A stretch of DNA of 63,339 nt, filler included, from Stramenopiles sp. TOSAG23-2 (lineage: Eukaryota), in NCBI GenBank assembly GCA_900128395.1. It is 9 parts of 9 records of this genome, joined end to end, with 100 filler letters (N's around TTAATTAATTAA, not from the genome) between each part and the next. Parts side by side here need not be neighbours in the genome. Positions count along the whole stretch, not along the records: positions 26,039 to 51,924 come from LT649444.1; 8 more parts are not named here. The stretch is one strand, 5' to 3'. The notes under the pieces were generated by a model. The model made no database searches, had not been told where the DNA came from, and saw only the letters and a program-made list of their open reading frames with translations. Shown piece by piece: positions 32,458 through 44,430 of the stretch; position 1 is the first letter of the stretch, and every line of letters begins with the position of its first letter. Made by a program: the position numbers and the translations under genes.

Positions 32458-35190
32458 TTATAAAGTTTTGTATAATAATGCAGGCGCAAATCCCATTCTT
32501 TTTGCATATGCTCTTTTTTCATCATCAGTTACTCGGTCTGTTTGCCAATATCCACTACTTCCACGTCTTTGATAACGCTTTTTCTTCATGTCAAATACTT
32601 TTTCTAAATCACATGTTGTCATATCTGCAAAAATTTCATCTGGATTTAATGGTATATTTCCAGTTACACCAAATTGAACTTTAAGTGCTTTCTTCAATGG
32701 TGACTTTCTTGCCCATGGTGCTGGCGGTTTCTTCTTCTTTTTAGGTTTTCCATCATCATCATCACTATCTGATTCTGAATCGCTACTATCACTACTAGAA
32801 TGTGGATCTGACATTCTGTAACTTTTCTGTGCTTTTTCTTCCACTTGCTCTTCTTTGCTATTATTTTTCTTACTACTTTCTAACTTTGCCTTTTGTTTCG
32901 CGGCTGCTGCTGCTTTTAATTTCTTTTCCATATCCTCTCTTAATTTTCTAGCTTCTGCTTCTCTTTTTTTACGAATCTCAGTTGCAGTTTCTTTAACTGC
33001 AGCTTTTTTACTATATTTATTATTATTACTTCTCAAATTTCGTTTTGCTTCCTCTTTTTTCTTTTGTTCTATTTTAGCTTTTTTTGCTGTTTCCAATGCT
33101 TTGATCTTTCCTACTTTATTTTTACTTGGCTTAATCACAGGTGCTTTGCCTTTTGCTACAATAGGTCCTTTAACTAAACGTGCACCACCTTTACCCTTTA
33201 GAGCTGTCGTAGTTGCACCAGCGACTTTTGCTGAAACAGCAGCTGCACTAGTAGCATTGTTAATACCAGTTTTATCATCACTTTTTAATTTCGCCTCTGC
33301 TTCTCTTCTAGCTTTTGCACGTTCTCGAATTTTTAAACGCATTTTTTGAGCTTCATTCATAACTTCTTCTTCATTTGCTGATTTAGTATTACTATTATTA
33401 TTATTTGTCGCAGTTATTGTTGTTTTTGCTACTGTTACATTAACAACTTCATCGATATTGGATTTCTTTTCTGTGCTATGTTTTTCAATATTACGCCCAA
33501 GAAGCACTGGAGTTGAGACTTCTTGCGTTTTGATTTTGTTCAATTTATTGCGGATACTTTCCAATCTTTTAGCACTTGAATTGCTACCTGACTTTTTATT
33601 ATCATTCTCATCATTATTACTATTGCCACTAATATCAGATTCTTCTACCTCCATATCAATTTGCTCTGTTCCATCCATAGATATACCGTTTGATTTTAAA
33701 AATTCAGTAATATCTTCCTCACTATTTCCTGTTTCATTTATTTTATCATGATCATCCTCATCATCATTACCATTACTAATACTGGTTTCTTCAACAGCAA
33801 TATCATTTTTATCTGCTTCTTCTTCCTCCTCTTCTTCCTCCTCTTCTGCCAGAGCTTGTAATAATTCCTCAGCAGCTTTAATTCTTTCTTCTTCTGCGGC
33901 TTTTTCTTCTTCTGCTATTTTTGCCAATCGCAATCGTTCTGCTTCTTCCTCCGCAACTTTTAATTTTGCTAATCTCTCATCTTCTTCTTTCTTCAATTTT
34001 AATGCTAACGCTTTTGCTTCTGCAGCAGCTTGTTCCTGTGCTTCTTTTTCTTGCTGTTCTTTTAATAATCGTTGCTTCTCCGCTTCAATTTCTACTTTAA
34101 TCTTTGTAACAATTTGTTTTGCAAAACATTGACGGGCAAATGATTGTATCTTAATTGCAGCATTGTTTTTCATATAATCCATGCGGAGTTTGTAAAATTT
34201 TTTGCGAGCAACGTAACTACGGAAAAATGAAGAAATTTTTGTAGCAGCAATGGCATTTTTGATTTTTTGTTGTTTTTCTTGTTCTTGTAGAATTTTTAAT
34301 TCCATTTCTTCTTTCAATTTCTTTTCCTTTGCTTCTTTTTCCGCCGCTTCTTTTTCTGCTGCTTCTTCTTCTTGTTGTTGTTTTCTTTTTTCATTTAATT
34401 CGTCGCAATCATCGTCCTCTGTAATAGTTTCTAATGATACAGAGTTTAATGATATTGTTTTAGCAGACTCTTCAACAGTTTCAATAGCTTTTTGTTCCGT
34501 GTTGTTATTATTATCTTGATTTTCATCTTCTTCTTCTTCTTCTGCAGCTTCCTTAGCGGCATCTTCAGGGAAATTCAAAAATTCTTTCTCCTCATCAAAT
34601 TCTTGTTTCATCATTTTGACTAATTTTTTCACTAATTGAGCTTTTCGACCTCTTAATTCTTTGCCAGAGCATCCAAGCATTTTTAATTCTTCTCGAATTT
34701 CTGTAACTTTTAATTGCTTGACCTTTTTTGTAGCTTCTTTAACATTAAAAACTTCCGCAGATGCATTACTATTTAAAATCAGATCAACTTCAGATGATTT
34801 TCTTCGTTTAACTTCCGAATTATTATTATCTTCTTCTGATTTACGTTTTGATTTTTTTTTACTTTTGTTTTCAGAAATAGTTTCGTTTGTTACGTTGCTT
34901 TTACTGCCATTTTCAATGTTTGCGATATTATCATTCGATGAAGAGCTTTCACTTAATGGTTTCACACCTTGTTGTTGTTGCAATAGTGCCTTTTTATCAT
35001 TACTACTAGTTTTAAAACGTTTTTTACTTGATGTTTCCAAATAATTTTCTAAAGTTCGTTTACTTTTTTGAACCCAAGATTTCGTCCAATTGATGTTCTC
35101 CGTATTCATTTCATTGATTTCGTTCTCATAACCTTTATTTGTTTCCTTCATTTTATCAAGCCAAACATCTAATGTTTGCCCTTTTGACAT
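32458..35190 (-). CDS. INCENP: Inner centromere protein INCENP-like (IN-box) with SAP-like domain and two IQ-like motifs
   Basis: C-terminal IN-box SYRMSD...acidic...PAPWAR..L..AL..Q...NPDEIF....CDLEKVF......RRGSSGYW..D; long charged helix; SAP-like LKVTEIREELKMLGCSGKELRGRKAQLVKKL; IQ-like AATKISSFFRSYVARKKF and AAIKIQSFARQCFAKQ. Confidence 0.85.
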   Translation of the reverse strand: MSKGQTLDVWLDKMKETNKGYENEINEMNTENINWTKSWVQKSKRTLENYLETSSKKRFKTSSNDKKALLQQQQGVKPLSESSSSNDNIANIENGSKSNVTNETISENKSKKKSKRKSEEDNNNSEVKRRKSSEVDLILNSNASAEVFNVKEATKKVKQLKVTEIREELKMLGCSGKELRGRKAQLVKKLVKMMKQEFDEEKEFLNFPEDAAKEAAEEEEEDENQDNNNNTEQKAIETVEESAKTISLNSVSLETITEDDDCDELNEKRKQQQEEEAAEKEAAEKEAKEKKLKEEMELKILQEQEKQQKIKNAIAATKISSFFRSYVARKKFYKLRMDYMKNNAAIKIQSFARQCFAKQIVTKIKVEIEAEKQRLLKEQQEKEAQEQAAAEAKALALKLKKEEDERLAKLKVAEEEAERLRLAKIAEEEKAAEEERIKAAEELLQALAEEEEEEEEEEADKNDIAVEETSISNGNDDEDDHDKINETGNSEEDITEFLKSNGISMDGTEQIDMEVEESDISGNSNNDENDNKKSGSNSSAKRLESIRNKLNKIKTQEVSTPVLLGRNIEKHSTEKKSNIDEVVNVTVAKTTITATNNNNSNTKSANEEEVMNEAQKMRLKIRERAKARREAEAKLKSDDKTGINNATSAAAVSAKVAGATTTALKGKGGARLVKGPIVAKGKAPVIKPSKNKVGKIKALETAKKAKIEQKKKEEAKRNLRSNNNKYSKKAAVKETATEIRKKREAEARKLREDMEKKLKAAAAAKQKAKLESSKKNNSKEEQVEEKAQKSYRMSDPHSSSDSSDSESDSDDDDGKPKKKKKPPAPWARKSPLKKALKVQFGVTGNIPLNPDEIFADMTTCDLEKVFDMKKKRYQRRGSSGYWQTDRVTDDEKRAYAKRMGFAPALLYKTL

Positions 35191-36069
35191 TTTGTTTGTT
35201 TTTATTTTTTTATTGCAACTTCGCTATTCTTCGTTTACGTATTTATTAAATTATTAATATCTAAAATATGTAAATAAAAATGTTTTTAATTATATCGTAT
35301 TATACGATGATACTTAGAAAGAAATAGAAGAAAATTTTAACGTTTCCAAAAAAAGTACGTGTATGTATATAATATCCAAAGATTATTATTATTAATGCTA
35401 TTGTTTCTTCCTTGTACGTTTTGAAATAATGGAAAGGATATATATTATATATATATATATTTTTTATTACTTCACCCCCGTTTATCTTTTATTATAAATA
35501 TATATTGTATATACACGCGTATTTTGGTCTTGACTAATGGTATGTATATGCTATATAAATGCTTTGTAAAAATCCTTCCAAACGTTCATATTTGTTACCT
35601 ACTATTACCATGCTAATGACCTTGGGGCGCCCACGTTCCCTCAAAATGAATGCCGCCGCAAAATTTGTGTTCGATTTAAGGTAAAAGTAAAACATCGAAA
35701 AATATTTTTTTATAAATCGAAAAAATTTTTTTTTATGAAAACATTTACACACACAAGATAAAGACGTTTACCTTTCGACTTACATGTAAATATACATACA
35801 TCACATACCACCATATTATTTTTATTTGTTTCTTTTACAAATACTTTTTATTTATTTATACATATAGGATGATATAAAACAATCATATGATGAAACAATG
35901 TATATATATATATATATATGTAATTGAAGATTAGGTTGCTGATCGATAGACACACTTGTTTTTTTTATAAAAATACGATATCATTTTTTTTTGTTTTTTT
36001 TGAAAAACGAAAATCGAAGGACGAAGACGACGGGGTTTTGAATAATATCAGCGTATAAGTATTTAAATG

Positions 36070-36645
36070 TTACCTTCGCATGACTGTTAATTCATCCATA
36101 GCACGTTCACTAAATTTTCTTCTACGTCGTGCTTCAGCAATTGCTAAATCAGCACCATGATATTTATTTCCTACTAATCTATCATTGGTTATCCACCATG
36201 GTGTAAGTGACATATATCCATTTTGAAACATATCGTTATTAATATTTGATGAAGATGAAAAGCTATCTAATACGTTGTTGTTATTATTTGTCTGTGGCTG
36301 CTGCTGTTGTCCGTGTTGATTTATTGGAGGAAAAACTTGTCGTGGCTGCAGAGCTGGTTGCCCAAAACCCATGGATTTCAATGCTCTACCAAATTCATTA
36401 GCATTCATTGTTCCTTTACCTTGTGAAAAATGTTCAAAAATTTGTCCTGTTAAAAAATCGTCCTCCATGGTCCATACATATCCTAAACCTAATGGAGGGC
36501 CTTGCGTAAGTGGTGGTTGTTGCGTTTGAGGAGGTGGAGCAGCAGCGGCTGCTGGCTTTGGATCTTTGCTTTTCTTTTCCTTTTTGCTTTTCTTATCTTT
36601 TTTACCTTTTTTCTTATCTTTTTTCTTTGCCTTCTTTTTCGCCAT
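36070..36645 (-). CDS. Small Lys-rich/Gln-rich protein with one EF-hand-like motif
   Basis: 191-aa ORF with biased codon content. IFEHFSQGKGTMNANEFGRALKSMG resembles a degenerate EF-hand. Confidence 0.55.
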   Translation of the reverse strand: MAKKKAKKKDKKKGKKDKKSKKEKKSKDPKPAAAAAPPPQTQQPPLTQGPPLGLGYVWTMEDDFLTGQIFEHFSQGKGTMNANEFGRALKSMGFGQPALQPRQVFPPINQHGQQQQPQTNNNNNVLDSFSSSSNINNDMFQNGYMSLTPWWITNDRLVGNKYHGADLAIAEARRRRKFSERAMDELTVMRR

Positions 36646-36796
36646 ATTGATTATACTATAACTAACTATGTACTACTTTTATATATTGTATTTGAATTGT
36701 CGTTTAATTCTATGCCGTGTTCTTACTTTTTTTTTGTCACAGACACACACACAAACGTATCTTACTATATAGGTATATTATTATCAAAAAAATATT

Positions 36797-36830
<34 letters not shown>

Positions 36831-37671
36831 CAGAGGAAGCAAAACGTCTAATATATATCTATATTAAACACGTACTTATTTTTCTTCTTTGTTCCTTCTC
36901 AATCAATAGAATCATTGATCATGTTTTTTTTAAATTGTATAAATAAATAAGTCTGGAAAAGCTACTTCTTTTTCATTTATTTTTTTAACTGCCGATTCCC
37001 AGAAAAGCAGGTAAATAGCATTAGCTCCTGAGCTGCTCCTGAGCTGGGCTATAGCATCAAAATAGCAGTAGCTACGTAAAAATCCACAAAACTTTAGAGT
37101 ATGGCCTATATTAGGGTTTTTAAACTATATGGTTTTTTAAGTTACCAAACGGACGACTATTTAGAGTGGGATAAGAATAATAATATTAATATCCGATATT
37201 TAGTAATTCGTGATTGTGTTTAGTAGGTTTAGTCGATGAACAAAATTCTGAAAGTTTATTGATTTTTTTTATAAGGCAAAATCCACATCGCCACTTCAAC
37301 CATTCGCAAAAAAGTTTTTACTTTCCTTTGTCCGGAAAAATAAAATCAATAGTGTGTAGTTTTATTTTTTTTTACATGTACCCTAACAATAATTGCATGC
37401 ATAAATATTAGAAAAATAGATGCAAGAGACCACTATCTATAGTCCGTCTCACATCCGTATCAAATAAGAAGATTGAATTAATTCAATTTATACGTAGAAT
37501 TCTCATATTATACACCATCNNNNNNNNNNNNNNNNNNNNNNNNNNNNNNNNNNNNNNNNNNNNNNNNNNNNNNNNNNNNNNNNNNNNNNNNNNNNNNNNN
37601 NNNNCATATTATACACCGAGCTCACTCTCTCTCTCCCCCCCCCCATATCAGTGTGAGCAAAAACGGAAACG

Positions 37672-40137
37672 ATGAATAACATGAACATGGAAATGATGAT
37701 GAGGATGATGCAACAAATGGGTAGTGGTGCTGGTTTCGGAGGTATGATGGGAGGTGGTGGAGGTGGAATGACGAACGGTTTTGAAGGTGTTGGAAAATTG
37801 AAGGGCCATGAAAGTAAATTGTTTCGATATCAACTTGTAGTATTTAGAACAGAATATATGGAGGAGGGATTTCAACCATGTGAAGAATATGATGGAAAAT
37901 ATGTTGAAGGTGAGCTTATAAATATGTTGACACCGCATCATAAATTACAGCTTGCTGCTGATCTTGCAAAAGGGTTGTTAATAAAGTCTACGCCATTACC
38001 ACCGGAAACGATACTCCATCATGCTTTATTTTACGACTTGATGTATCGAAGATTAGTAACTGGGATTGAAGTTGAGTGTGACCAACAACGCATAGAGGAG
38101 TACGATATGGAGAAACGGAGAGAAGAAGAAAGGAAGAAGAAATATTTTGATTCTTTGAGTAAAGAAGATCAAGAAGATTTAAAAAAAAAAGAAGAAGAGA
38201 AAAGACGAAAAGAGTATAAAACGTATGAAGGACGGGCAAGTAAAACCATGTTGATAGGCGAAGCACTTACGCGAAAAGAAGAACGTGAAGCAAAACTGAG
38301 CAAAAAAATGGCAAAAAAAACAGGATTAAAAGGTGCTGATGAGGATGTATTGAGAAAAGAAATGGAATCTGAAGAATCGGATTATAATATTGAAAGCATG
38401 GCAAATGAATTTGTTGAACGGACTGAAAGTATTGCAGCTGATTTTTTCACAAATAATAATCGTAGCAATAATCAACAAAGAATTATTGATCTAGATGATT
38501 GTGAATACCATTATACACACCGTGCACTTCTGTCCAATATAATAATTGAGAGAAGTTTGAAACGAGGTATGAATTTTCCTGGACTTCCATCACTAGAAGA
38601 TAATGAATGTGATAATTGGATACATCTAATGCGTTTTCCATATGGTACAACTCTTATTGGTTTAGATGAGGATGAATCTAAATTGATTCATAATAATAGA
38701 AGAAATAAAAATCAAAGGGCGAAACTTGCTCGGAATTTGTTGCTTGAAAATATTGTCAAAAAAGCTCAAAAAGTGTTTGAATCTTCCTGGAATGTAAATG
38801 AAGCTGTCTTTTGCGAACGCCTTTTATTATGCCTCGGCAATTGTGGAGCTGCACAAGGTCATCAAATCCCTATTGTTTCCGGGGTAAAAGACCCAACTGA
38901 ACCTACTTTTGCAGAGATACTTGCATTTAAACGTGACGAAAATAATATATTATCAGTACTTTCAAAGATTACTTGTGATACATGTGATTGTGATTGTACT
39001 GAAAAATCATGGCATGTTGAAGAAACGTCGTTGGATTTTTGTGAAAAGTGTATCAAAGATATACAAAGTAAAAGTGTATTACAATACTACGGTGTTGATG
39101 CTGATGAAAACGGTTTACCAATAAAAAATTTAATGTTGAAGAAAATTCACTATGAGATTAAAAAACTGGATAGATGGTTATGGTTGGATAATTATTTTGA
39201 ATCTATGCGGGTGAATGGAAGAAATACTGATAATATAAAACATGTTTACAAAACGTTACTTGAAGTTGGAAAAGAACATGTAAATATTGATGTACAAAAA
39301 TATGGATATTATGATTTTAAAAAACAAGAGTGGGTAGAGCCTCACACGCTATACAACTTTAATGTATATGAACATCCCAAAAAATGGCGTAAAAAATGGT
39401 ATGTTAGTATTAGCTAGGCTGCTTTTTTAGCTTGTATATATCACAACTATTACATAGATTGTATAATTTTATACAGACATTGACAACTAACAAACACTCT
39501 GTGACAATTTATAAATCCTTTTTGCTCTTCATATGGCTTTCATGCCTACTACTTAAGGCATGATGAAAATTCTAAAGTTACCTGTTCAAATAAAAAGTGC
39601 AACAAGACTGATACGAAAAGTATGATGAAAATGTGCGAGGGTTGTCGGGTCGTATGGTATTGTTGTAAAGATTGCCAAACAATTTCATGGAATGAAGGTG
39701 GTCATAAGAAAGATTGTAAAATTCTACGTGAACGTTCAAAAATGGATTATGATGAAAGTGATTTCGAAGCTGTCGCAGAATGTAAAGTATGCAAAGCATC
39801 ACAAGTAAATTTATTTAGGTGCAGCCGTTGTCGTTCTGTGTCATATTGTAGCAAGGCATGTCAAACGTTGCATTGGAAAAACGGTCATAAAAAAACATGT
39901 ATCCCTGTGAAAAAGAAAACTTCAACTACTACCAGTGGTAGTGGAAGTGATGAAAATCCTAATGTAGCTAAGGGAAAAAAAGAATCTACTAATAATTGTA
40001 ATCATGTTACAGGTGCTGCAGCTGCTGTTGAAATATCTATTGATAAAACAACAAAGAAGAAAAAAAAGAAAAAGAAAAAGAAGAAAAAGAAAACAAGCAT
40101 CTTGGTGTCGGCTACAACAGAAGATGGAGAGGAGTGA
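37672..40137 (+). CDS. Protein with ZZ-like finger and two MYND zinc fingers; 2 exons (37672-39398, 39558-40137)
   Basis: Intron 39399-39557 (GTATGT...TAAG) restores KKW-HDENSKVTCSNKKC...CEGCRVVWYCCKDCQ..W..GHKKDC. Second MYND is CKVC...CSRCRSVSYCSKACQTLHWKNGHKKTC. ZZ-like CDTCDCDC...LDFCEKC. Confidence 0.85.
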
Positions 40138-40668
40138 ATGCTCTTTTAATATATATATAAAAGTGTATTCTTATACATTTCTTTAGCTTATATATTAGTA
40201 TTTGTGTGTATTATATGTTTTACAAGCTTACTGTGGCTTATAAAAACTAGAGAGGATCCGATCTAATAAAAACCTCATCACACTAAAACACTGAAAATCC
40301 ACCAAAAAAATTATCAGAAATCCAAAATTGCTCATTAAATAGGAAAATTTAAGTATAAAATCTTTATAGTATCTATTGCTATTTACCTGTTAAATTCTCT
40401 AAATGGAATTCGACGAAGGGGAAAAGAAACAGAAATACGTCATTCATAGAAAACGGGGTAAAATAGAAAAATATATATATATATATATATTTATGCCCGT
40501 GTGCGTGCACATTGACACAGAGTGCATATATATTGTATTACAACCATTCTGTGTATATTAATTCATCGTTATAGAAGAGTTTCATTTTATCTATACCACA
40601 TATATACTTAGAATAAAAGAAAAAAATAATTATTTATTTTTTTTTGTGTATATAGTTTATAAAGAATA

Positions 40669-41754
40669 ATGAATAATTTAATTGTTGAAAATACAATGTC
40701 TCGTACGTTATTACAAAATGTAACTGGTATACATCCAAGACCAAATCCAGATTCTCCAACATTTTTACAATCCTCGTGTCTATCCGGGAAATATTGGTTG
40801 ATACAAGAAGATGAAGCTGGTCCGTTGTCACAATGTGTAGTAACTGTCATATTCCGTGGTGCTCCTAGTATTATTTTCATGGCTATTTTAATGCTTGACG
40901 TATTTCTTGGATTAGAGCAACCTTTAGTAAAAGCACCTTTAAGTTTTACGTTTACTGTAAAATTAATATCGATTTTCATTTTATTTATGGGTTGTTTCTT
41001 CAATACATATTTTTGGAGCACGATGTATCGGAATGAAGATTATGTCGTAGTTAGTGAGGAAAGCGTTGAAATCTTACAAGCTGCAGCATGGTTGTTGAGT
41101 GGTGTCAGTTTGTATTTAGGGTATAATCGTGCCCGTGAACAATCTATCAGTTTACGTCTGTATATAAGTATAGAATCATTCATGAGTTTATTATTATTAT
41201 TTTTACGTCCAAAAGGATTTAAAGATAATGTTTTAGATAATGTAAATCGACCATTGTATTACATTGTGTTATTAGATGTTATCCGAGTTTTGAGCAATTT
41301 ATTATTAGCATTTTTAATGGGATATTATCCACGAGATGTGCCTGAATATTCAGATATCATCATTCATTATAAAGATACTTTGTTAATGGAAAGCCGTAAT
41401 AATAGTAATGGTGGCGGGGGTAATAATGATATTGTTGGTTTAACATCATCATCTAGTTCAGATCCTATTAGCACAAATAATATGATTAATTATGGTAGTA
41501 CTTCTGCTAATCGTAATTATAGCAATGATATTAATTATTTTAGTGATAGTACTGATGGAGAAGAACAATTCAGTCCAACAACGCAAGAAAATATAAATCG
41601 CGTCAATATGATTAAACATGCATTGAAAAGAGGATCAATGGAATTTATGCATGATGATGATCATCATCGGAACAACAACAATGTCGACTCTGATGAAATG
41701 GTGTACAATCATCTACTGGGTGATACAAATAAGATGTTGTCGTCCTCCGTATGA
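40669..41754 (+). CDS. Five-TM membrane protein resembling a stand-alone ABCC/MRP TMD0 domain
   Basis: LSQC....P.II first helix, about 5 hydrophobic helices, AAAWLL...LRLY pattern, disordered C-terminal tail, and no nucleotide-binding domain. Confidence 0.5.
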   Translation: MNNLIVENTMSRTLLQNVTGIHPRPNPDSPTFLQSSCLSGKYWLIQEDEAGPLSQCVVTVIFRGAPSIIFMAILMLDVFLGLEQPLVKAPLSFTFTVKLISIFILFMGCFFNTYFWSTMYRNEDYVVVSEESVEILQAAAWLLSGVSLYLGYNRAREQSISLRLYISIESFMSLLLLFLRPKGFKDNVLDNVNRPLYYIVLLDVIRVLSNLLLAFLMGYYPRDVPEYSDIIIHYKDTLLMESRNNSNGGGGNNDIVGLTSSSSSDPISTNNMINYGSTSANRNYSNDINYFSDSTDGEEQFSPTTQENINRVNMIKHALKRGSMEFMHDDDHHRNNNNVDSDEMVYNHLLGDTNKMLSSSV

Positions 41755-41994
41755 GAATTCAGAGATGTATATATATATATATGTGTGTGTATATTAATAT
41801 TATATTTGTGTTTGTATAATAGCGAGCGGTGCGTGTGCCAGTGTGTGCACTAATTTACACTATTTACACCAGTCCAGGCACACAGTTAAAAAGGTATTTT
41901 TGGGATTGAAATTTTAATTTAATAAGGGTTGTATAAAATTTGGTCCAAAAAAACATAAAAAATTTTCGAGTATCATAATCATACTTGTATATTT

Positions 41995-43602
41995 TTACAA
42001 CTTTTTATCACTCTCCATCACATCATGCTCATTCAACCATATACCGTGTGTACCTAATGGTATCAATCTACGTGGTGATGCAATGGTACATTTCAATGAA
42101 TTTTTTTCACCAAATGATTTACAATCATAAATTCGTAATTCAGTTCTACGTTTATTTACATTATTGATTAATACTAACATATATCCATCATCTTCCTCTT
42201 CGTGATTACGACGTGGAACAAAGATACCTTCACTACCATAAAATTTACCATCATCATCATTGGAATCATCGCTGCCTTTCCAAATTTCTTCTTTATATGT
42301 ATTTGTTTGTAAATCATATTTGTAAGCACCGAATAAAAAGGGAGCATGGTTTGGCTCCTCATAATTGACTAATTGTGAATATAAATATCTATTTTTTTCC
42401 CCTGTATATTGTAAGTTGATAACAGGAAAATCACTTCGTACATTTCCACGTAAGGTTTGTTCATGAACTTGTTTTGTTTTCATATTAAAACGCCATTGAT
42501 GTAAATTTGCTAATGGATCCCTTGGTGTTTCAAGTGGAAATGTAGGTTGGAAACCTTCATAACCAATATTATTACAAATAAGAACAATCGTATCATTATC
42601 TTCATATGCATTCACAGTATGAGAAACACAAAATGGCTCTACTTCAAACCATATAATTTCATTTTCTGATGTTGCATGTCGTGGAAAAATTCCAATACGT
42701 CCTTTGGTACTATCATCAAATTGCCACATGCCATCACCACCACCACTACTGTTATCAAATAAATTTTTCCAATTTAAAAATAAATTACTATCGAAGCACA
42801 GGGAATAATTTTTTGTGATTGCAAAATCATGTGTATATGCTGTACGACTCATGTGGATTGGAAAAGAGGTTGTGATTTTACCATTTGGACCAATGACATA
42901 ATAATCAAATATGGATTTTGTTGGATCATATCCACAACCATATCCAATTAATTCTTGCGTATCATTATCCATTTTTGGATGAGCTGTGAAAATATTATGT
43001 CGATTTTCCTTTTGTTTAAATAAATTATTATTATTATTATTATTATTTTCAAATTTATATGTTAAACCAATTGTTGATAATGATTTTGGATTGATTATAT
43101 ATGGAAGATCTGCTTCTTCTAATGCTAATAATTTATTATTGTGGAAAACTAATGATGTATTTGCTTTGCCCATTCGTATACCTTGTTCATTTATTGTATC
43201 TTCTAATAAAAAATTTCCAGTCGCCATTCCACCAAATTCATATACGGAGAAATTCTTTTTTGTATCTGTTTGTAGTCTTTCCGTATTGACCCATTTATGT
43301 GAAAATGCAATGTTATCTATGGAAATCGTAAATGATGCAATCATGCCATCTCCATCAAAATAATGATATGGATCGTTTTCTTTTGGTGGAAACATTGGAT
43401 TTGGTCCATTACGATAATATGTACCACTTGGCATATCTTCTGGAATTGAACCTTGGATTATCTTACAATTTAAATTATTAGCTTCTTCTAAAATTGGTCG
43501 AAACATTCCAGTTCTAAAATTAATTGCCGGTTCCGTCCATGCTTTTTCTTCGTATGATGACGACGAAGATGTCAAGTTCTGTTTTAATATTACACGTGAC
43601 AT
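41995..43602 (-). CDS. Carotenoid oxygenase (CCD/RPE65/lignostilbene dioxygenase family)
   Basis: GTYYRNGPNP, FDGDGM, and four iron-binding His (FTAHPK, YTHDFAIT, VSHTVNAYE, GTHGIW); SEGIFVPR...EDDGY. Confidence 0.95.
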   Translation of the reverse strand: MSRVILKQNLTSSSSSYEEKAWTEPAINFRTGMFRPILEEANNLNCKIIQGSIPEDMPSGTYYRNGPNPMFPPKENDPYHYFDGDGMIASFTISIDNIAFSHKWVNTERLQTDTKKNFSVYEFGGMATGNFLLEDTINEQGIRMGKANTSLVFHNNKLLALEEADLPYIINPKSLSTIGLTYKFENNNNNNNNLFKQKENRHNIFTAHPKMDNDTQELIGYGCGYDPTKSIFDYYVIGPNGKITTSFPIHMSRTAYTHDFAITKNYSLCFDSNLFLNWKNLFDNSSGGGDGMWQFDDSTKGRIGIFPRHATSENEIIWFEVEPFCVSHTVNAYEDNDTIVLICNNIGYEGFQPTFPLETPRDPLANLHQWRFNMKTKQVHEQTLRGNVRSDFPVINLQYTGEKNRYLYSQLVNYEEPNHAPFLFGAYKYDLQTNTYKEEIWKGSDDSNDDDGKFYGSEGIFVPRRNHEEEDDGYMLVLINNVNKRRTELRIYDCKSFGEKNSLKCTIASPRRLIPLGTHGIWLNEHDVMESDKKL

Positions 43603-44430
43603 GGTATCTATCTATATATATATTTATATATGATTTGCTGGTAGGATATACATATATATATATATATGTATTTGAAATTGTATGATATATGTAATAAATA
43701 GGTGTTTATAAAATATATATTATTTGCAGGTACACACCACCAACAAGAGTTTGTTTTGTGCTGCTTATATTTGTGTGTAATACCTGGTATCATTTTTTGT
43801 GACCACAATATATAAATACCACTCCTTACAACAAACTTGATGAAATGATTAGGGCTGTAGCTGTGTTCAGTATACCAAGTACAAGTAGTGTCGTCCAGCT
43901 GATGTGTCATTGATCCCTTAATTGAGGCCAGGTGTCTTTAGAGTACCATTATTTATGCTTACATGATCTTTATCCCTATCAAATATTGGTGAGGCCGTGA
44001 GGCCAAATTATATTGAGGTTTTAGTTTATCAAAAAAAGTCAATGAAATTTTTCAATAGTAAATAGTCTTATTTTTAAAAATTGTACAGTTTTTATTTTAG
44101 TTTTGCGATTCTGTGATAAATACAAATATAATAATACCACTCTAACTCCAGCACTGTCTTTTTTTTCCACTAGAATATTTTAATTATAGTCTTTTTCAAG
44201 CATATATACCACCAGTATTATACTTACTAATTGAAGAAATATAAACACTTATTAACTGGTGTGAAATGCGAGAAATATTTATATATATATATTATATCGT
44301 TCATTTTTATTATTCACGAAGCTAAATCTAAAGTCGAATTAAGCAACAAAAAGGACATATAGGTATATCACAATTATCGAATCTTTCCCATAATACGTCT
44401 TTTTAGATATATACTTTAATAGTAAGGAGG

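Noticed and set aside
37073-37497. Weak inverted similarity (ggacgactatttagagtgg versus ccactatctatagtccgtct) suggesting an old MITE
   Set aside because: Too degenerate, with no clean TIR or target-site duplication.
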